From Calditrichia bacterium (lineage in GTDB: Bacteria; Calditrichota; Calditrichia; RBG-13-44-9; J075), in NCBI GenBank assembly GCA_050633245.1, contig JBOEGD010000016.1, forward strand, positions 26,746 to 90,745: DNA of 64,000 bases. Direction: 5' to 3'. The notes below the pieces were generated by a model. That model saw only the letters and a program-made list of their open reading frames with translations, was not told where the DNA came from and ran no database searches. Made by a program: the position numbers and the translations under genes. This document shows, piece by piece, positions 1-9,840 of this stretch. The stretch's first letter is position 1. The number at the start of each line of letters is the position of its first letter.

Positions 1-1
1 T

Positions 2-577
2 GGCTTTTTTATTCTAAATAATTATCAAAACACCTATTTGCCCGACCCGGCAATTCGCAAAAGCCGTGGCGGCCTTATCGATGGTCTTGTTCATTTTGGT
101 TCCATAGAAACTGCTGTAAAAAAACTATGCTGGATAGATCTTACCTGTTACGAACCGTTTACAATTGGAATGATCGCAGGTGGTGAAGCCGTTACCGTTT
201 ATAGCTGGGACGGATTTATTCTGAGCAGGAAAGAAAAGATAAAAGCTCCGATCTCATCGTCTTCTGCAAAGAACTGGCCCGATATTGCCAAGTGGCGCCG
301 CCAGCGTTTTGCTCAAATCGTTACAGACGCTGCCAATACCAAACAGTTTATTCACTTTCATAGCGACTATTATTCTGTCGATGCGGCAGCTTCAGTTTGC
401 ATGCGCCGTAAAAATGCAGTGACGGTAAGTCTTAGTCATATCTCAGCGACTCAAAAAGCCGTCACATTTAATTATAAAAACGGTGCGCCGGATGCAGTTG
501 ATTGGCAGACTCCTGTTGTTTTGTTGCGGGAGGCAAGACAAATCGCTGCTCCCCGACTAACCAATCTCGCCGAGTAA
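2..577 (+). CDS. NRDE/TANGO2-family protein, 5' end truncated by the window edge
   Basis: The frame is open from position 2 (GFFILNNYQN...KSRGGLI). It has 'PFTI', 'SSSS', 'HFH' and 'SVCMRR...TVS' motifs typical of NRDE Ntn-hydrolase-like proteins. Confidence 0.7.
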   Translation, partial: GFFILNNYQNTYLPDPAIRKSRGGLIDGLVHFGSIETAVKKLCWIDLTCYEPFTIGMIAGGEAVTVYSWDGFILSRKEKIKAPISSSSAKNWPDIAKWRRQRFAQIVTDAANTKQFIHFHSDYYSVDAAASVCMRRKNAVTVSLSHISATQKAVTFNYKNGAPDAVDWQTPVVLLREARQIAAPRLTNLAE

Positions 578-591
578 CTCAGGATTTACAT

Positions 592-3147
592 TTGACTCGC
601 TTTAAAATTCTTCTCCTCATTTACGCTTTTCTGTTAACGACATCCTTTATTTATCAGTGGATTTATCCATTTGATACCACGCCAACTAATCATCAAACAA
701 GTGTCCCCATCGCAGGCTCGGGTGAGCCGGTGATTGTGAATACTCTGGATCTGAAGGCATCTGATACCACAGATGCTCCTGTAATTTTGCTGCTACACGG
801 TAGCCCGGTTGCGGTTGAAATGTTTGACGATCTGCTTCCTGAACTAAGGCGATACTGTAGAGTTATCGCGCCCGATCTTCCCGGCTATGGAACGTCGAGT
901 AGAGAGATTTCCGATTACTCCGTTGCAGCGCATGCTGTATACATGCAGCAATTGTTGGATTCGCTACAGATACAAACTCTTCACGTTGTTGGTTACAGTC
1001 AGGGAGGTGGTGTAGCCATTTATCTTTCAGAAATGCTTGGCGAGCGTATTAAATCGCTGACCCTGCTTTCGGCAATCGGCGTTGTTGAGCTTGAATTACT
1101 TGGGGATTATCACCTCAATCATGCTATTCATGGAGCACAGCTGGCAGGTTTCTGGTTACTCCACTATGGCTTTCCCCATTTCGGATTTATGAAGCGTTTT
1201 CCACTAAACATTTACTATGCGCGAAATTTCTATGACACGGACCAACGTCCGCTGCGCGCTTTATTGAAAAAGCTGGAAATCCCGTTACTTATCCAACATG
1301 GAAATAAGGATGCGCTTGTCCCCTACCCGGCTGCGCTTGAACATCATCGCATTGTGCCGCAAAGCGAGTTGATCACCTATAAAGGTGGGCACGGAATACT
1401 GTCAGGCAAAGGCCCGCAAATGGCGCAGGATTTAAGTGAATTTATTTATCGGGTGGAATCGGGCACAGCCCTTTCCAGAAGTCAGGCAGATTTGCACAGA
1501 GTACAAAAGGCAGACGTACCATTTGTTGGCATCGAAAGTGGTCCCGCTGAAGGGCTCGTTCTATTTGTATTGATTCTGGTAATTGCCTTTGGAACTTTAA
1601 TTAGTGAAGACTTGGCCTGTATTGCTGCCGGCATTCTGGCTGCTCGCGGAATGCTGAGCTTTCCAAGCGCAGTATTTGCATCGTTTATCGGTATTTTTAT
1701 TGGTGATATTCTGTTATTTCTTGCTGGAAAGTGGCTTGGAAGACCAGCGCTAAAAAAAGCACCGCTTAAATGGATTATCAAAAGCGAAAGCGTTGAAAAG
1801 AGCACGCGTTGGTTCCAGGCGAGTGGGCCACAAATTATATTGGCCAGTCGCTTTTTGCCCGGTACCCGCCTGGCTACCTATTTTGGCGCAGGCATGCTGG
1901 GAGCATCCATGCGCACGTTTGTATTGTATTTTGGTCTCGCAGCCCTCATCTGGACGCCGCTGCTGGTTGGTATGGCAATGTTGTTGGGAAATCCATTGAT
2001 CGAGATATTCACTGCCTACAGCGCTCACATTCTTTGGTTGCTGCTTGGCGGTCTCATTCTGCTACATCTGCTGACGCGCACGTTACCCAAGCTCTTCACA
2101 TGGAAAGGCCGCCGCTTAGTTTATTCTTCGTGGAAGCGATTTACCAACTGGGAGTTCTGGCCGCCATACTTTTTTTATCCACCGCTGATTGTCTATCTGA
2201 TCTATCTGGGAATTCGTCATCGCTCGTTTACACTCTTCACTGCTGTGAACCCGGCAATGCCGGCTAGCGGATTCGTCGGTGAATCGAAGAGCGACATTCT
2301 TGCCGGTCTTTCCGAGAACAATGATTGCATTGCTGATTTCAAACTAATTGAGGACGGACTCAAGCGTGCAGAGAAGCTAAGAGCCATTACTGAATTTCAA
2401 TCTGGTTTATCACCAATATGGCCGGTGGTTTTAAAACCCGATACCGGTGAGCGTGGAAGCGGCGTGACCATCGCTAAAAATATGCTTGAGCTGGAAAGGT
2501 TTATCGATCAGACAAAAGTCAATTTTATCGTGCAAAAATATGTTTCGGGAGTAGAGTTTGGTGTGTTTTACTATCGCTATCCCAATGAAAAATCCGGCCA
2601 AATTTTTTCAATAACCGACAAACAGTTTATTACCGTTCGTGGCAACGGAAAAAATACGCTGGAAGAACTTATTCTACTGGATGAGCGAGCCGTTTGTATG
2701 GCGGCGTTTCATCTGGACAAGCATGCGCAGCTTTTGTATGAGGTTCCTTCTGCCGGAGAAGAGATTCCCCTTGTAGAGCTCGGAACTCATAGTAAGGGCG
2801 CGCTATTTCTGGACGGCAGTCGCATTAATACGCCGGCCTTATTAAAAAAGATTGATGAGAATAGTCAGGGCTACGAGGGCTTCTACTTTGGGCGGTATGA
2901 TATACGTGCTGAAACGGAAGAGGACTTTCGCAACGGCATCAATCTGAAGATTATCGAACTAAACGGTGTTACCTCGGAAGCAACGCACATTTATGATCCA
3001 AAAAACAGCGTTTTTGATGCCTATCGAATACTGGCCGAGCAATGGCGTATAGCCTTTGAAATCGGCCGGCAAAACAAAGAACGCGGCGAAAAGCCGGTGG
3101 GTCTGATATCGCTGCTAAAGCTGATAATCACGTCGAGGACTACATAA
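592..3147 (+). CDS. Fusion of alpha/beta hydrolase, DedA (VTT/SNARE-associated) membrane domain and ATP-grasp ligase-like domain
   Basis: Hydrolase motifs: LLHG, APDLPGYG, GYSQG nucleophile elbow, GGH. DedA motifs: 'ISEDLACI..G', 'GDILLF..GK', 'SRFLPGTR'. ATP-grasp motifs: 'VLKPDTGERGSGV', 'GRYDIRA', 'IIELNG'. Start placed at TTG 592 after AGGA (the ORF track starts at 502). Confidence 0.8.
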   Translation: MTRFKILLLIYAFLLTTSFIYQWIYPFDTTPTNHQTSVPIAGSGEPVIVNTLDLKASDTTDAPVILLLHGSPVAVEMFDDLLPELRRYCRVIAPDLPGYGTSSREISDYSVAAHAVYMQQLLDSLQIQTLHVVGYSQGGGVAIYLSEMLGERIKSLTLLSAIGVVELELLGDYHLNHAIHGAQLAGFWLLHYGFPHFGFMKRFPLNIYYARNFYDTDQRPLRALLKKLEIPLLIQHGNKDALVPYPAALEHHRIVPQSELITYKGGHGILSGKGPQMAQDLSEFIYRVESGTALSRSQADLHRVQKADVPFVGIESGPAEGLVLFVLILVIAFGTLISEDLACIAAGILAARGMLSFPSAVFASFIGIFIGDILLFLAGKWLGRPALKKAPLKWIIKSESVEKSTRWFQASGPQIILASRFLPGTRLATYFGAGMLGASMRTFVLYFGLAALIWTPLLVGMAMLLGNPLIEIFTAYSAHILWLLLGGLILLHLLTRTLPKLFTWKGRRLVYSSWKRFTNWEFWPPYFFYPPLIVYLIYLGIRHRSFTLFTAVNPAMPASGFVGESKSDILAGLSENNDCIADFKLIEDGLKRAEKLRAITEFQSGLSPIWPVVLKPDTGERGSGVTIAKNMLELERFIDQTKVNFIVQKYVSGVEFGVFYYRYPNEKSGQIFSITDKQFITVRGNGKNTLEELILLDERAVCMAAFHLDKHAQLLYEVPSAGEEIPLVELGTHSKGALFLDGSRINTPALLKKIDENSQGYEGFYFGRYDIRAETEEDFRNGINLKIIELNGVTSEATHIYDPKNSVFDAYRILAEQWRIAFEIGRQNKERGEKPVGLISLLKLIITSRTT

Positions 3148-3240
3148 TGCAGAGTCATCGGTAAAGACACTCAATTGCGCGTCTCTAGAACCTCGGGACA
3201 TACCCAAAGACGCACTGCAGTGGTCTCTATCCATGCGTCT

Positions 3241-4107
3241 CTATAACCGAACAAACGCACCCAGCGTATATGACGGCGAAGACGCTACAAGATTACCGTC
3301 AAACGCCCCAAATGATGCGAAGCTAATCCCAATTTTCGGCGTAATGTCTGCCAGAACTTTCACTCCCGACGCGATCCACTCTTGTCCATCAGCATATAAC
3401 CCGGTCTGAGACAGGTTATTATCTATGTTGACAGCATCGGTAATAGATTGGCGAATGTCGACAGCTGCGATCAGCCAGAAGCGAGAGCCAATTTTCGCGC
3501 CAGCCTCTCCTGCAAACAGAAAGTCATCGCTGTAATCATTCGTTCGGAAACGTAGACTGATATCGCTGGAAACATAATATTTGTTACCGCTTGTTCCCAG
3601 GCTGATTCCTGGAACAATTCCCAATGCATCTACCCCACTCGCCAAACCAGTTGCAACGTCGGCTTCGCCTGCAGGCATCTCTGCTTTAAATGTGATAGCA
3701 GCCTGAAGGCGATTAAAAGCCTTCCCAGACTTTAGTGCAATAGCCGCATTCCCAAGTGCAGACTTACTGCCAGATTCAAGTAGTGGCGAAAAACTTCCTG
3801 CTCTACTATCCTCGGAAGTAGAAACGGATTTAAAGGGAACTTCAATTGAGGCAGACAAGAAAGGTGTTAGTCCGTATTCCGCATAAAACTGAGTTGTGAT
3901 GTCAGAAACATCACGATTCAGTGTAAAGTTATCGCCATCGCCATTATATAGGCCATCATAAGTTGGTATGACGGTAAGCGACAGCTGAGCAAACCCCTTA
4001 CTTTTTTGCTGTAGCCACGGACCACCTGCGAATGCAAATGATCCAAATAGAACTAGCAGGAACAAACTGGTTGCGATCGTATTTCGAGTTGTATTAAACA
4101 GATTCAT
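3241..4107 (-). CDS. Secreted/outer-membrane beta-barrel-like hypothetical protein
   Basis: Signal peptide ending AFA, alternating beta-strand pattern, and AGGAGA RBS. Confidence 0.6.
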   Translation of the reverse strand: MNLFNTTRNTIATSLFLLVLFGSFAFAGGPWLQQKSKGFAQLSLTVIPTYDGLYNGDGDNFTLNRDVSDITTQFYAEYGLTPFLSASIEVPFKSVSTSEDSRAGSFSPLLESGSKSALGNAAIALKSGKAFNRLQAAITFKAEMPAGEADVATGLASGVDALGIVPGISLGTSGNKYYVSSDISLRFRTNDYSDDFLFAGEAGAKIGSRFWLIAAVDIRQSITDAVNIDNNLSQTGLYADGQEWIASGVKVLADITPKIGISFASFGAFDGNLVASSPSYTLGAFVRL

Positions 4108-4639
4108 CAGATGCTTCTCCTAAAGTGTTTACGGAATCTACGAATCTGATATAACAAAACTTTCACGAGCAGATCATATTAGTTCAACGTTCAGACATAT
4201 CAGTGAGTAGCTACTTACCTAAAAAGTTTAGGCCATTTTTATTGACCGAATTAGCTTAGCCGCCTTGTCTTCGTAAGCGTGATTTCGTTTTAACAAACGA
4301 AAAACCAGTCGTATTCGTCATTTACTACTACTTATTTAGTATTCTCTTGGAAAGCTCAAAAAAGATCAATAGAATAAAATAGTAACCAAACGCACCAAAG
4401 CAATTACATCGGCTAATATGGCTTGAAAAGGCCGTGTGCTCGGACAAATCATCATACCTCCGACATAGGGCTATTTCGACCAATTCAATAGATATTTCCT
4501 CCAGGTAATGCGCTAGAGTTGGACTGAAGTTGAAGGTGTTTGTAGCTATCTGAATGAAGCACTTGCATTCCTTTTCTGTTCTACCAACTATCGATCCCGG
4601 CTCATCGTATTATAAACCTTATTGTGATGAGATTTATTT

Positions 4640-4903
4640 ATGCCGATTAAAAGCTATCTCGCCCATCCTGTCCCGCATCAAAAAAAAGAGCTTCAGCAAG
4701 TTCTTTCTGCAATGCCGGAATGTGACTGTTTACATTCCGAAACGCATGACGTTTTGGTGCTGGTTACCAGCACAGAAACAAAGGATGCAGAACTTATTCT
4801 GGAGCAGAGGCTAAAAGAGATTGACGCTCTTCAATGCCTCGTTTTAGTTGCGGGGTACGAAGATCCCCCTCAAAAAATGGTGGTAACAAATGATGAATCG
4901 TAG
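4640..4903 (+). CDS. napD: NapD-like Tat proofreading chaperone
   Basis: 87 aa, 'MPIKSYLAHP...VLVLVTSTE' NapD-like pattern; its end overlaps the napA start. Confidence 0.6.
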   Translation: MPIKSYLAHPVPHQKKELQQVLSAMPECDCLHSETHDVLVLVTSTETKDAELILEQRLKEIDALQCLVLVAGYEDPPQKMVVTNDES

Positions 4904-7211
4904 AGAGTTTCTCAAGGAACTCGCTGCCGCATCGGCAATGTCTGCAGCAGCGATGTTTTTCCCGGGAATTGTCTTCGCGGAAATGCAAAACAAAAATTTC
5001 CCCGGAGAAGATATTGCATGGAAAAAAGCTCCCTGCCGCTTCTGTGGTGTTGGTTGTGGCTTGTTAATAGGTGTATCGGATGGACGCGCTGTTGCTGTAA
5101 AGGGAGATCCGGCAAGTCCGGTAAATAAAGGGCTGTGTTGTGTGAAAGGCTACCACTCGGTTCTTGCACTATACGGTAAGGATCGTTTAAAAACCGCATT
5201 GATTCGCAAAAACGGCAAACTTGTTCCGGCACCTATTAAAGAGGCTCTTGATTTAGTAGCCAGCAAGATGCAAAGCACGATTAAGGAACACGGGAAAGAT
5301 TCTGTGTCGATCTATGGCTCCGGACAGTGGACGATTCCGGATGGCTATGTTGCCTCAAAATTTATGAAAGGGGCAATTGGAACCAACAATCTTGAGGCCA
5401 ATGCCCGGCTCTGCATGGCTAGTGCAGTTACCGGTTTTATAACCAGCTTTGGAATGGATGAACCGATGGGTTGCTACGAAGACATCGACCATGCTGATGT
5501 CTTTGTTCTGTGGGGCAATAATATGGCAGAGATGCACCCGGTGCTTTTTTCGCGGCTGCTGGATCGGCGCATTAAAAATAGTAATGTAAAAATAATAGAT
5601 TTGGCAACTCGTACAACTCGTACCAGCATCGCTTCCGACAAATCTATTTTGTTCATGCCGCAAACAGATTTAGCAATAGCAAATGCAATCTGCTATGAGT
5701 TACTAACAACCGGTAAGATTAACAGAGATTTTTTAAAGAAGCACTGTGAATTTAAAACCGGTAAAACAAACATTGGATTTGGGCTCGAAGAGAAGTTCGC
5801 GTTTAAGGATGAAGCCTCGGCCAGCTCGATGGAAGAGTTCGCAAGTCTTCTTAGCGATTATTCTCCGGAAAAGGTAGAAAGCACATCCGGTGTTTCTGCA
5901 GCCGATATTCGCTACCTTGCATCTCTATATGGTGATCCGAATAAAAAAATTATGAGCCTGTGGTGCATGGGCGCCAACCAGCATACGCGCGGAACCTGGA
6001 TAAATAACCTAATTTATAACATCCATCTTCTAACCGGCAAAATCTCTACTCCCGGTAACAGTCCATTCTCTCTAACCGGACAACCAAGCGCCTGCGGTAC
6101 GGTAAGGGAAGTCGGCACGCTGACTCATAAATTGCCATATGGCGTGGTCATGAAAGAGGCAGCTCGTAAAAAGGCAGCAGATATCTGGCAGGTGCCGGTA
6201 GAAAATATCCCGGCCAAACCAACACATCATACAGTGTCTATGTTCCGGGCACTGGATCGTGGAGATATTCGTTTCATGTGGATTCAAGTGACCAATCCGA
6301 TGGTGACAATGCCGAAACTAAATCGCTATCGGGACGGGACTCTTAAGAAAGGTCGCTTTATTGTTGTTTCAGACGTATATCCCACACCAACCACAGATAT
6401 TGCAGATGTGGTACTACCGTCCGCGATGTGGATTGAACGGGAAGGTATGTACGGAAATTCGGAGCGCCGCACCCAACATTTTGATCAGCTTATTTCCCCT
6501 CCCGGAGAAGCAATGAGCGATACATGGCAGATTATAGAAGTTGCTCGCAGAATGGGTTATCAAAAGCTCTTCCCCTGGAGCGAGCAAGAACATATTGAAA
6601 AAATCTGGGAGGAATACAGTCGGTTTCACGCCGGTGCAAAACACGGGCTGGCACCTTATAAAGTATTGAAAGAACTTCCCGGTGCACAGTGGCCATATGT
6701 CAACGGGAAAAGCACCAAATGGCGTTTTAATGTCGAGCTTGATCCGGCAGCCAAGGGGCAAGGATTCGATTTTTATGGTAAGTCAAATGGCAAAGCCTGG
6801 ATTTGGTTTCGCCCTTACGAAGCACCACCTGAAGTTCCCGACAACGAGTATCCCTTTTGGTTAAACACCGGTAGGGTTCTGGAACATTGGCACACCGGCT
6901 CCATGACCAGACGTGTAGCGATCCTACACCGTGCAGTCCCGAAAGCCTATGTGGAGTTAAACCCTGATGACGCTCGACATCTGGGAATTCGCAACGGTGA
7001 TCCTGTAAAACTGATCTCCCGTCGCGGACAAATAGTTCTACCCGCCTCAATTAATCAACGTGGAAAGCCGGTAGCGGGTCAGGTGTTTGTACCTTTTTTC
7101 GATGAAGCGAAACTGATTAATGAATTGACGCTGGATGCTTATTGCCCAATCTCTAAACAACCGGACTATAAAAAATGCGCGGTAAAAGTGGAAAAAGTAA
7201 CCGGGGTTTAA
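4890..7211 (+). CDS. napA: Periplasmic nitrate reductase catalytic subunit (Mo-bisPGD)
   Basis: Tat signal NRREFLK; 4Fe-4S motif CRFCGVGC...C; NARLCMASA Mo-ligand Cys; GQPSACGT; TGRVLEHWHTGSMT; C-terminal DYKKCAVKV. Confidence 0.93.
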   Translation: MMNRREFLKELAAASAMSAAAMFFPGIVFAEMQNKNFPGEDIAWKKAPCRFCGVGCGLLIGVSDGRAVAVKGDPASPVNKGLCCVKGYHSVLALYGKDRLKTALIRKNGKLVPAPIKEALDLVASKMQSTIKEHGKDSVSIYGSGQWTIPDGYVASKFMKGAIGTNNLEANARLCMASAVTGFITSFGMDEPMGCYEDIDHADVFVLWGNNMAEMHPVLFSRLLDRRIKNSNVKIIDLATRTTRTSIASDKSILFMPQTDLAIANAICYELLTTGKINRDFLKKHCEFKTGKTNIGFGLEEKFAFKDEASASSMEEFASLLSDYSPEKVESTSGVSAADIRYLASLYGDPNKKIMSLWCMGANQHTRGTWINNLIYNIHLLTGKISTPGNSPFSLTGQPSACGTVREVGTLTHKLPYGVVMKEAARKKAADIWQVPVENIPAKPTHHTVSMFRALDRGDIRFMWIQVTNPMVTMPKLNRYRDGTLKKGRFIVVSDVYPTPTTDIADVVLPSAMWIEREGMYGNSERRTQHFDQLISPPGEAMSDTWQIIEVARRMGYQKLFPWSEQEHIEKIWEEYSRFHAGAKHGLAPYKVLKELPGAQWPYVNGKSTKWRFNVELDPAAKGQGFDFYGKSNGKAWIWFRPYEAPPEVPDNEYPFWLNTGRVLEHWHTGSMTRRVAILHRAVPKAYVELNPDDARHLGIRNGDPVKLISRRGQIVLPASINQRGKPVAGQVFVPFFDEAKLINELTLDAYCPISKQPDYKKCAVKVEKVTGV

Positions 7212-7894
7212 CGGACGACTTAAACTCAAAATACCGATTCATATTTATTGGCCTATGTATACTCCTGATGGCATCATCCGTTTTGATTATTGGTAAGAGC
7301 CTACGTGAAAACGCACGAGAACCGGATATCTCTTTGCAATCGAAGGGTGATCGCTCGGCAATTGCAATTGAGGCAGACGTGTTTCGAAGTGCCGGTAAAA
7401 TGTCGGAGAACTTTTTTTCTCAGGCTGCGAAAGGCTCCTCTCGAAAACTGGTTGATTTTTATTCTCTTAGGGCGTATCCGGGTGCTCCTCCCTCTATTCC
7501 ACATCCGGTAGCGAAGAACAATACCATTGGACACAACGTTTGCCTGCAATGCCACGAAAACGGAGGATATGTACCCAAATTTGAAGCATTTGCACCTGTG
7601 ACACCCCACCCGGAATTTGTTAACTGTTTACAATGTCATTCCGTTAACACGACCAACAGCACGTTTGTAAATTCTGATTGGAGAGTTCCCGCTCCGCCCC
7701 GAATAAATCAGGAGGCACTCTCCGGAAGTCCTCCACCCATTCCACACGCGCTCCATCTAAGAGGTAATTGCCTCGCGTGTCATTCGGGTCCGGGCGCCGT
7801 TGAGGAACTAAGATTTACCCATGCAGAGCGTACCAATTGTCTACAATGCCATGCCTTGAGTTCTGGCATATCGCCCTGGCAACGTGAACAATAA
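7175..7894 (+). CDS. Membrane-anchored NapB-like multiheme cytochrome c (4 CxxCH)
   Basis: N-terminal TM helix; two 'PP.IPH' NapB-like motifs; CLQCH, CLQCH, CLACH, CLQCH. Confidence 0.8.
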   Translation: MRGKSGKSNRGLTDDLNSKYRFIFIGLCILLMASSVLIIGKSLRENAREPDISLQSKGDRSAIAIEADVFRSAGKMSENFFSQAAKGSSRKLVDFYSLRAYPGAPPSIPHPVAKNNTIGHNVCLQCHENGGYVPKFEAFAPVTPHPEFVNCLQCHSVNTTNSTFVNSDWRVPAPPRINQEALSGSPPPIPHALHLRGNCLACHSGPGAVEELRFTHAERTNCLQCHALSSGISPWQREQ

Positions 7895-7952
7895 TTCTAC
7901 AGTGACAAACATTTATGTGTCATTTAGCAACCATTCGAAAGTAGAGAAACGA

Positions 7953-8597
7953 ATGAAAATTTTGCCTAAAATTCCATCGGTGAATTACTTATTTCTTACC
8001 ATTGGTTTCGGTTTTCTCCTAATGGCCTGCAGTTCTGACCATGAAGATAAGACACATCACCAGAGCTTCGCCGAACAGTTATCGGAGAAACATGATCGGA
8101 CCTTAAAGGTGGACATAAATCGTGTAACAGATTTCGATCTTGAAAATTTTATTCCGGTAGACGTTTTATCAACCAACCCCAAATTCTACGTCTCCCCACA
8201 GCTTGCTACAATTTCATCATTTCCCTGCAATGAATGTCATGATCGTCCTTTGAGACAGCTTACTAAGCTTGTCGATCCGGAGATTCAAAAGGCCCATTGG
8301 CAGATTCAGCTAAAGCACGCTTCTACAGATGCGATGGACTGTCAAACTTGTCACAACTCGGAGGACATGAATACATTGGTTAGCTTAACCGGCAAGAAGA
8401 TATCCCTTAACCACAGTTATCAACAGTGCGCTCAGTGTCATTCCGGTCAAGCGACAGACTGGATTGGTGGTGCACATGGCAAACGTGTTGAAGGATGGAT
8501 TCCTCCTCGAATTATCAAAAACTGTGTCCAGTGTCATGATCCACACCAACCGGGTTGGGAAAAAAGATGGCCGACTCAAACACAACAAGTGAGATAA
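7953..8597 (+). CDS. Tetraheme cytochrome c lipoprotein
   Basis: Lipobox LMAC; CNECH, CQTCH, CAQCH, CVQCH. Start moved to ATG 7953. Confidence 0.8.
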   Translation: MKILPKIPSVNYLFLTIGFGFLLMACSSDHEDKTHHQSFAEQLSEKHDRTLKVDINRVTDFDLENFIPVDVLSTNPKFYVSPQLATISSFPCNECHDRPLRQLTKLVDPEIQKAHWQIQLKHASTDAMDCQTCHNSEDMNTLVSLTGKKISLNHSYQQCAQCHSGQATDWIGGAHGKRVEGWIPPRIIKNCVQCHDPHQPGWEKRWPTQTQQVR

Positions 8598-8604
8598 CGA
8601 TACA

Positions 8605-9825
8605 ATGAAAACTCTTCCACAGCAAAACCAGTGTTCTCAAGGATGTTGCTCTAATAAGACAGACGCCAATTCTCCCCCCCAAAGTTTCGCAAGTGGCATC
8701 GCGAATAAGACACTTGCCGGGCTTAAAAAGAACACTCAGGAACTGCTTGCCGAAAGCCAGTTGAAACTAACGCCGACGCCCCGATTTGAATCCTCCGTAA
8801 ATTCAGCGTCTGGTTTAAATGACGTTTTGCTATGGCATCTGATGAAGGATGATGTTTCAAACTCAAAAGCTCAGGCAAAATCAAAGCACATTCAAATGGA
8901 GCAAGCCATTCAACGCCCAATGTCACGTCGTTCAGCAGTGAAAGGTCTGGCCGCAGGCTTAATGGCCGGTCTCGGACTTGTGCAAAGTAGCTGTAGTCCG
9001 TTTGAGGGAGATTCCGGCAAAGCGAGCAAACTAAAATGGAATGAATACTTCAAAGGGAATTTCCGCTTAATGACCGCGACGGAAAAACGGGAAACAATAG
9101 ACCGCCTTCAGCAACTGTATGCACTAAACACCGGGGAACACATTCAGATTAGCGCCGCAAGTGCGCCGAAGAATGTGCTATTTGGCTATGCGTTTAATAT
9201 TGGTAAGTGCCAGGGTTACATGGATTGTATAAAGGCATGTATCAATGAGAATAATCAGGATCGCAAATCCGATATGCGCTACATTCGTATTCATGAGCAC
9301 AAAAAAGGGCATTTTAACTTTGAACATGCCAAAGACGATTTTTTTCATGAGGTTCCCCTGGAAGGGCACTTCTATATAGGAACTCAATGTTTTCACTGTG
9401 AGAATCCGCCATGTGTTGATGTCTGCCCTGTCCAGGCTACCTGGAAGGAGGAAGACGGGATTGTGGTTGTCGATTACGACTGGTGCATCGGCTGTCGATA
9501 TTGTCAAGCTGCCTGCCCTTATGATGCTCGTCGGTTCAATTGGAATGATCCCACTGTTCCGGAAGAGGAAGTGAATCGCAAGCAACATTACCTCGGGAAC
9601 AGGCTCCGGAAGAAAGGCGTCATGGAAAAGTGCACTTTCTGCATTCAGCGCACGCGCGCAGGCAAAAACCCGGCCTGTGTTGAAGCATGCCCAACCGGAG
9701 CGCGTGTGTTTGGCAACTTACTAGATCCCGACAGCGAAATCCGATGGATTATTGAGAACAAAAAAGTGTTTCGTTTAAAAGAGGAATTAGGGACTGAGCC
9801 TAAATTTTGGTATTACATGGACTAA
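8605..9825 (+). CDS. NrfC/DsrO-like 4Fe-4S ferredoxin subunit
   Basis: CFHCENPPCVDVCP, CIGCRYCQAACP, KCTFC...PACVEACP; internal Tat-like SRRSAVK. Confidence 0.85.
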   Translation: MKTLPQQNQCSQGCCSNKTDANSPPQSFASGIANKTLAGLKKNTQELLAESQLKLTPTPRFESSVNSASGLNDVLLWHLMKDDVSNSKAQAKSKHIQMEQAIQRPMSRRSAVKGLAAGLMAGLGLVQSSCSPFEGDSGKASKLKWNEYFKGNFRLMTATEKRETIDRLQQLYALNTGEHIQISAASAPKNVLFGYAFNIGKCQGYMDCIKACINENNQDRKSDMRYIRIHEHKKGHFNFEHAKDDFFHEVPLEGHFYIGTQCFHCENPPCVDVCPVQATWKEEDGIVVVDYDWCIGCRYCQAACPYDARRFNWNDPTVPEEEVNRKQHYLGNRLRKKGVMEKCTFCIQRTRAGKNPACVEACPTGARVFGNLLDPDSEIRWIIENKKVFRLKEELGTEPKFWYYMD

Positions 9826-9840
9826 GATGACTGGATAAAA

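Noticed and set aside
4108-4639. FNR/NarL boxes or an sRNA upstream of the nap operon
   Set aside because: No convincing TTGAT-N4-ATCAA or other palindrome could be identified.
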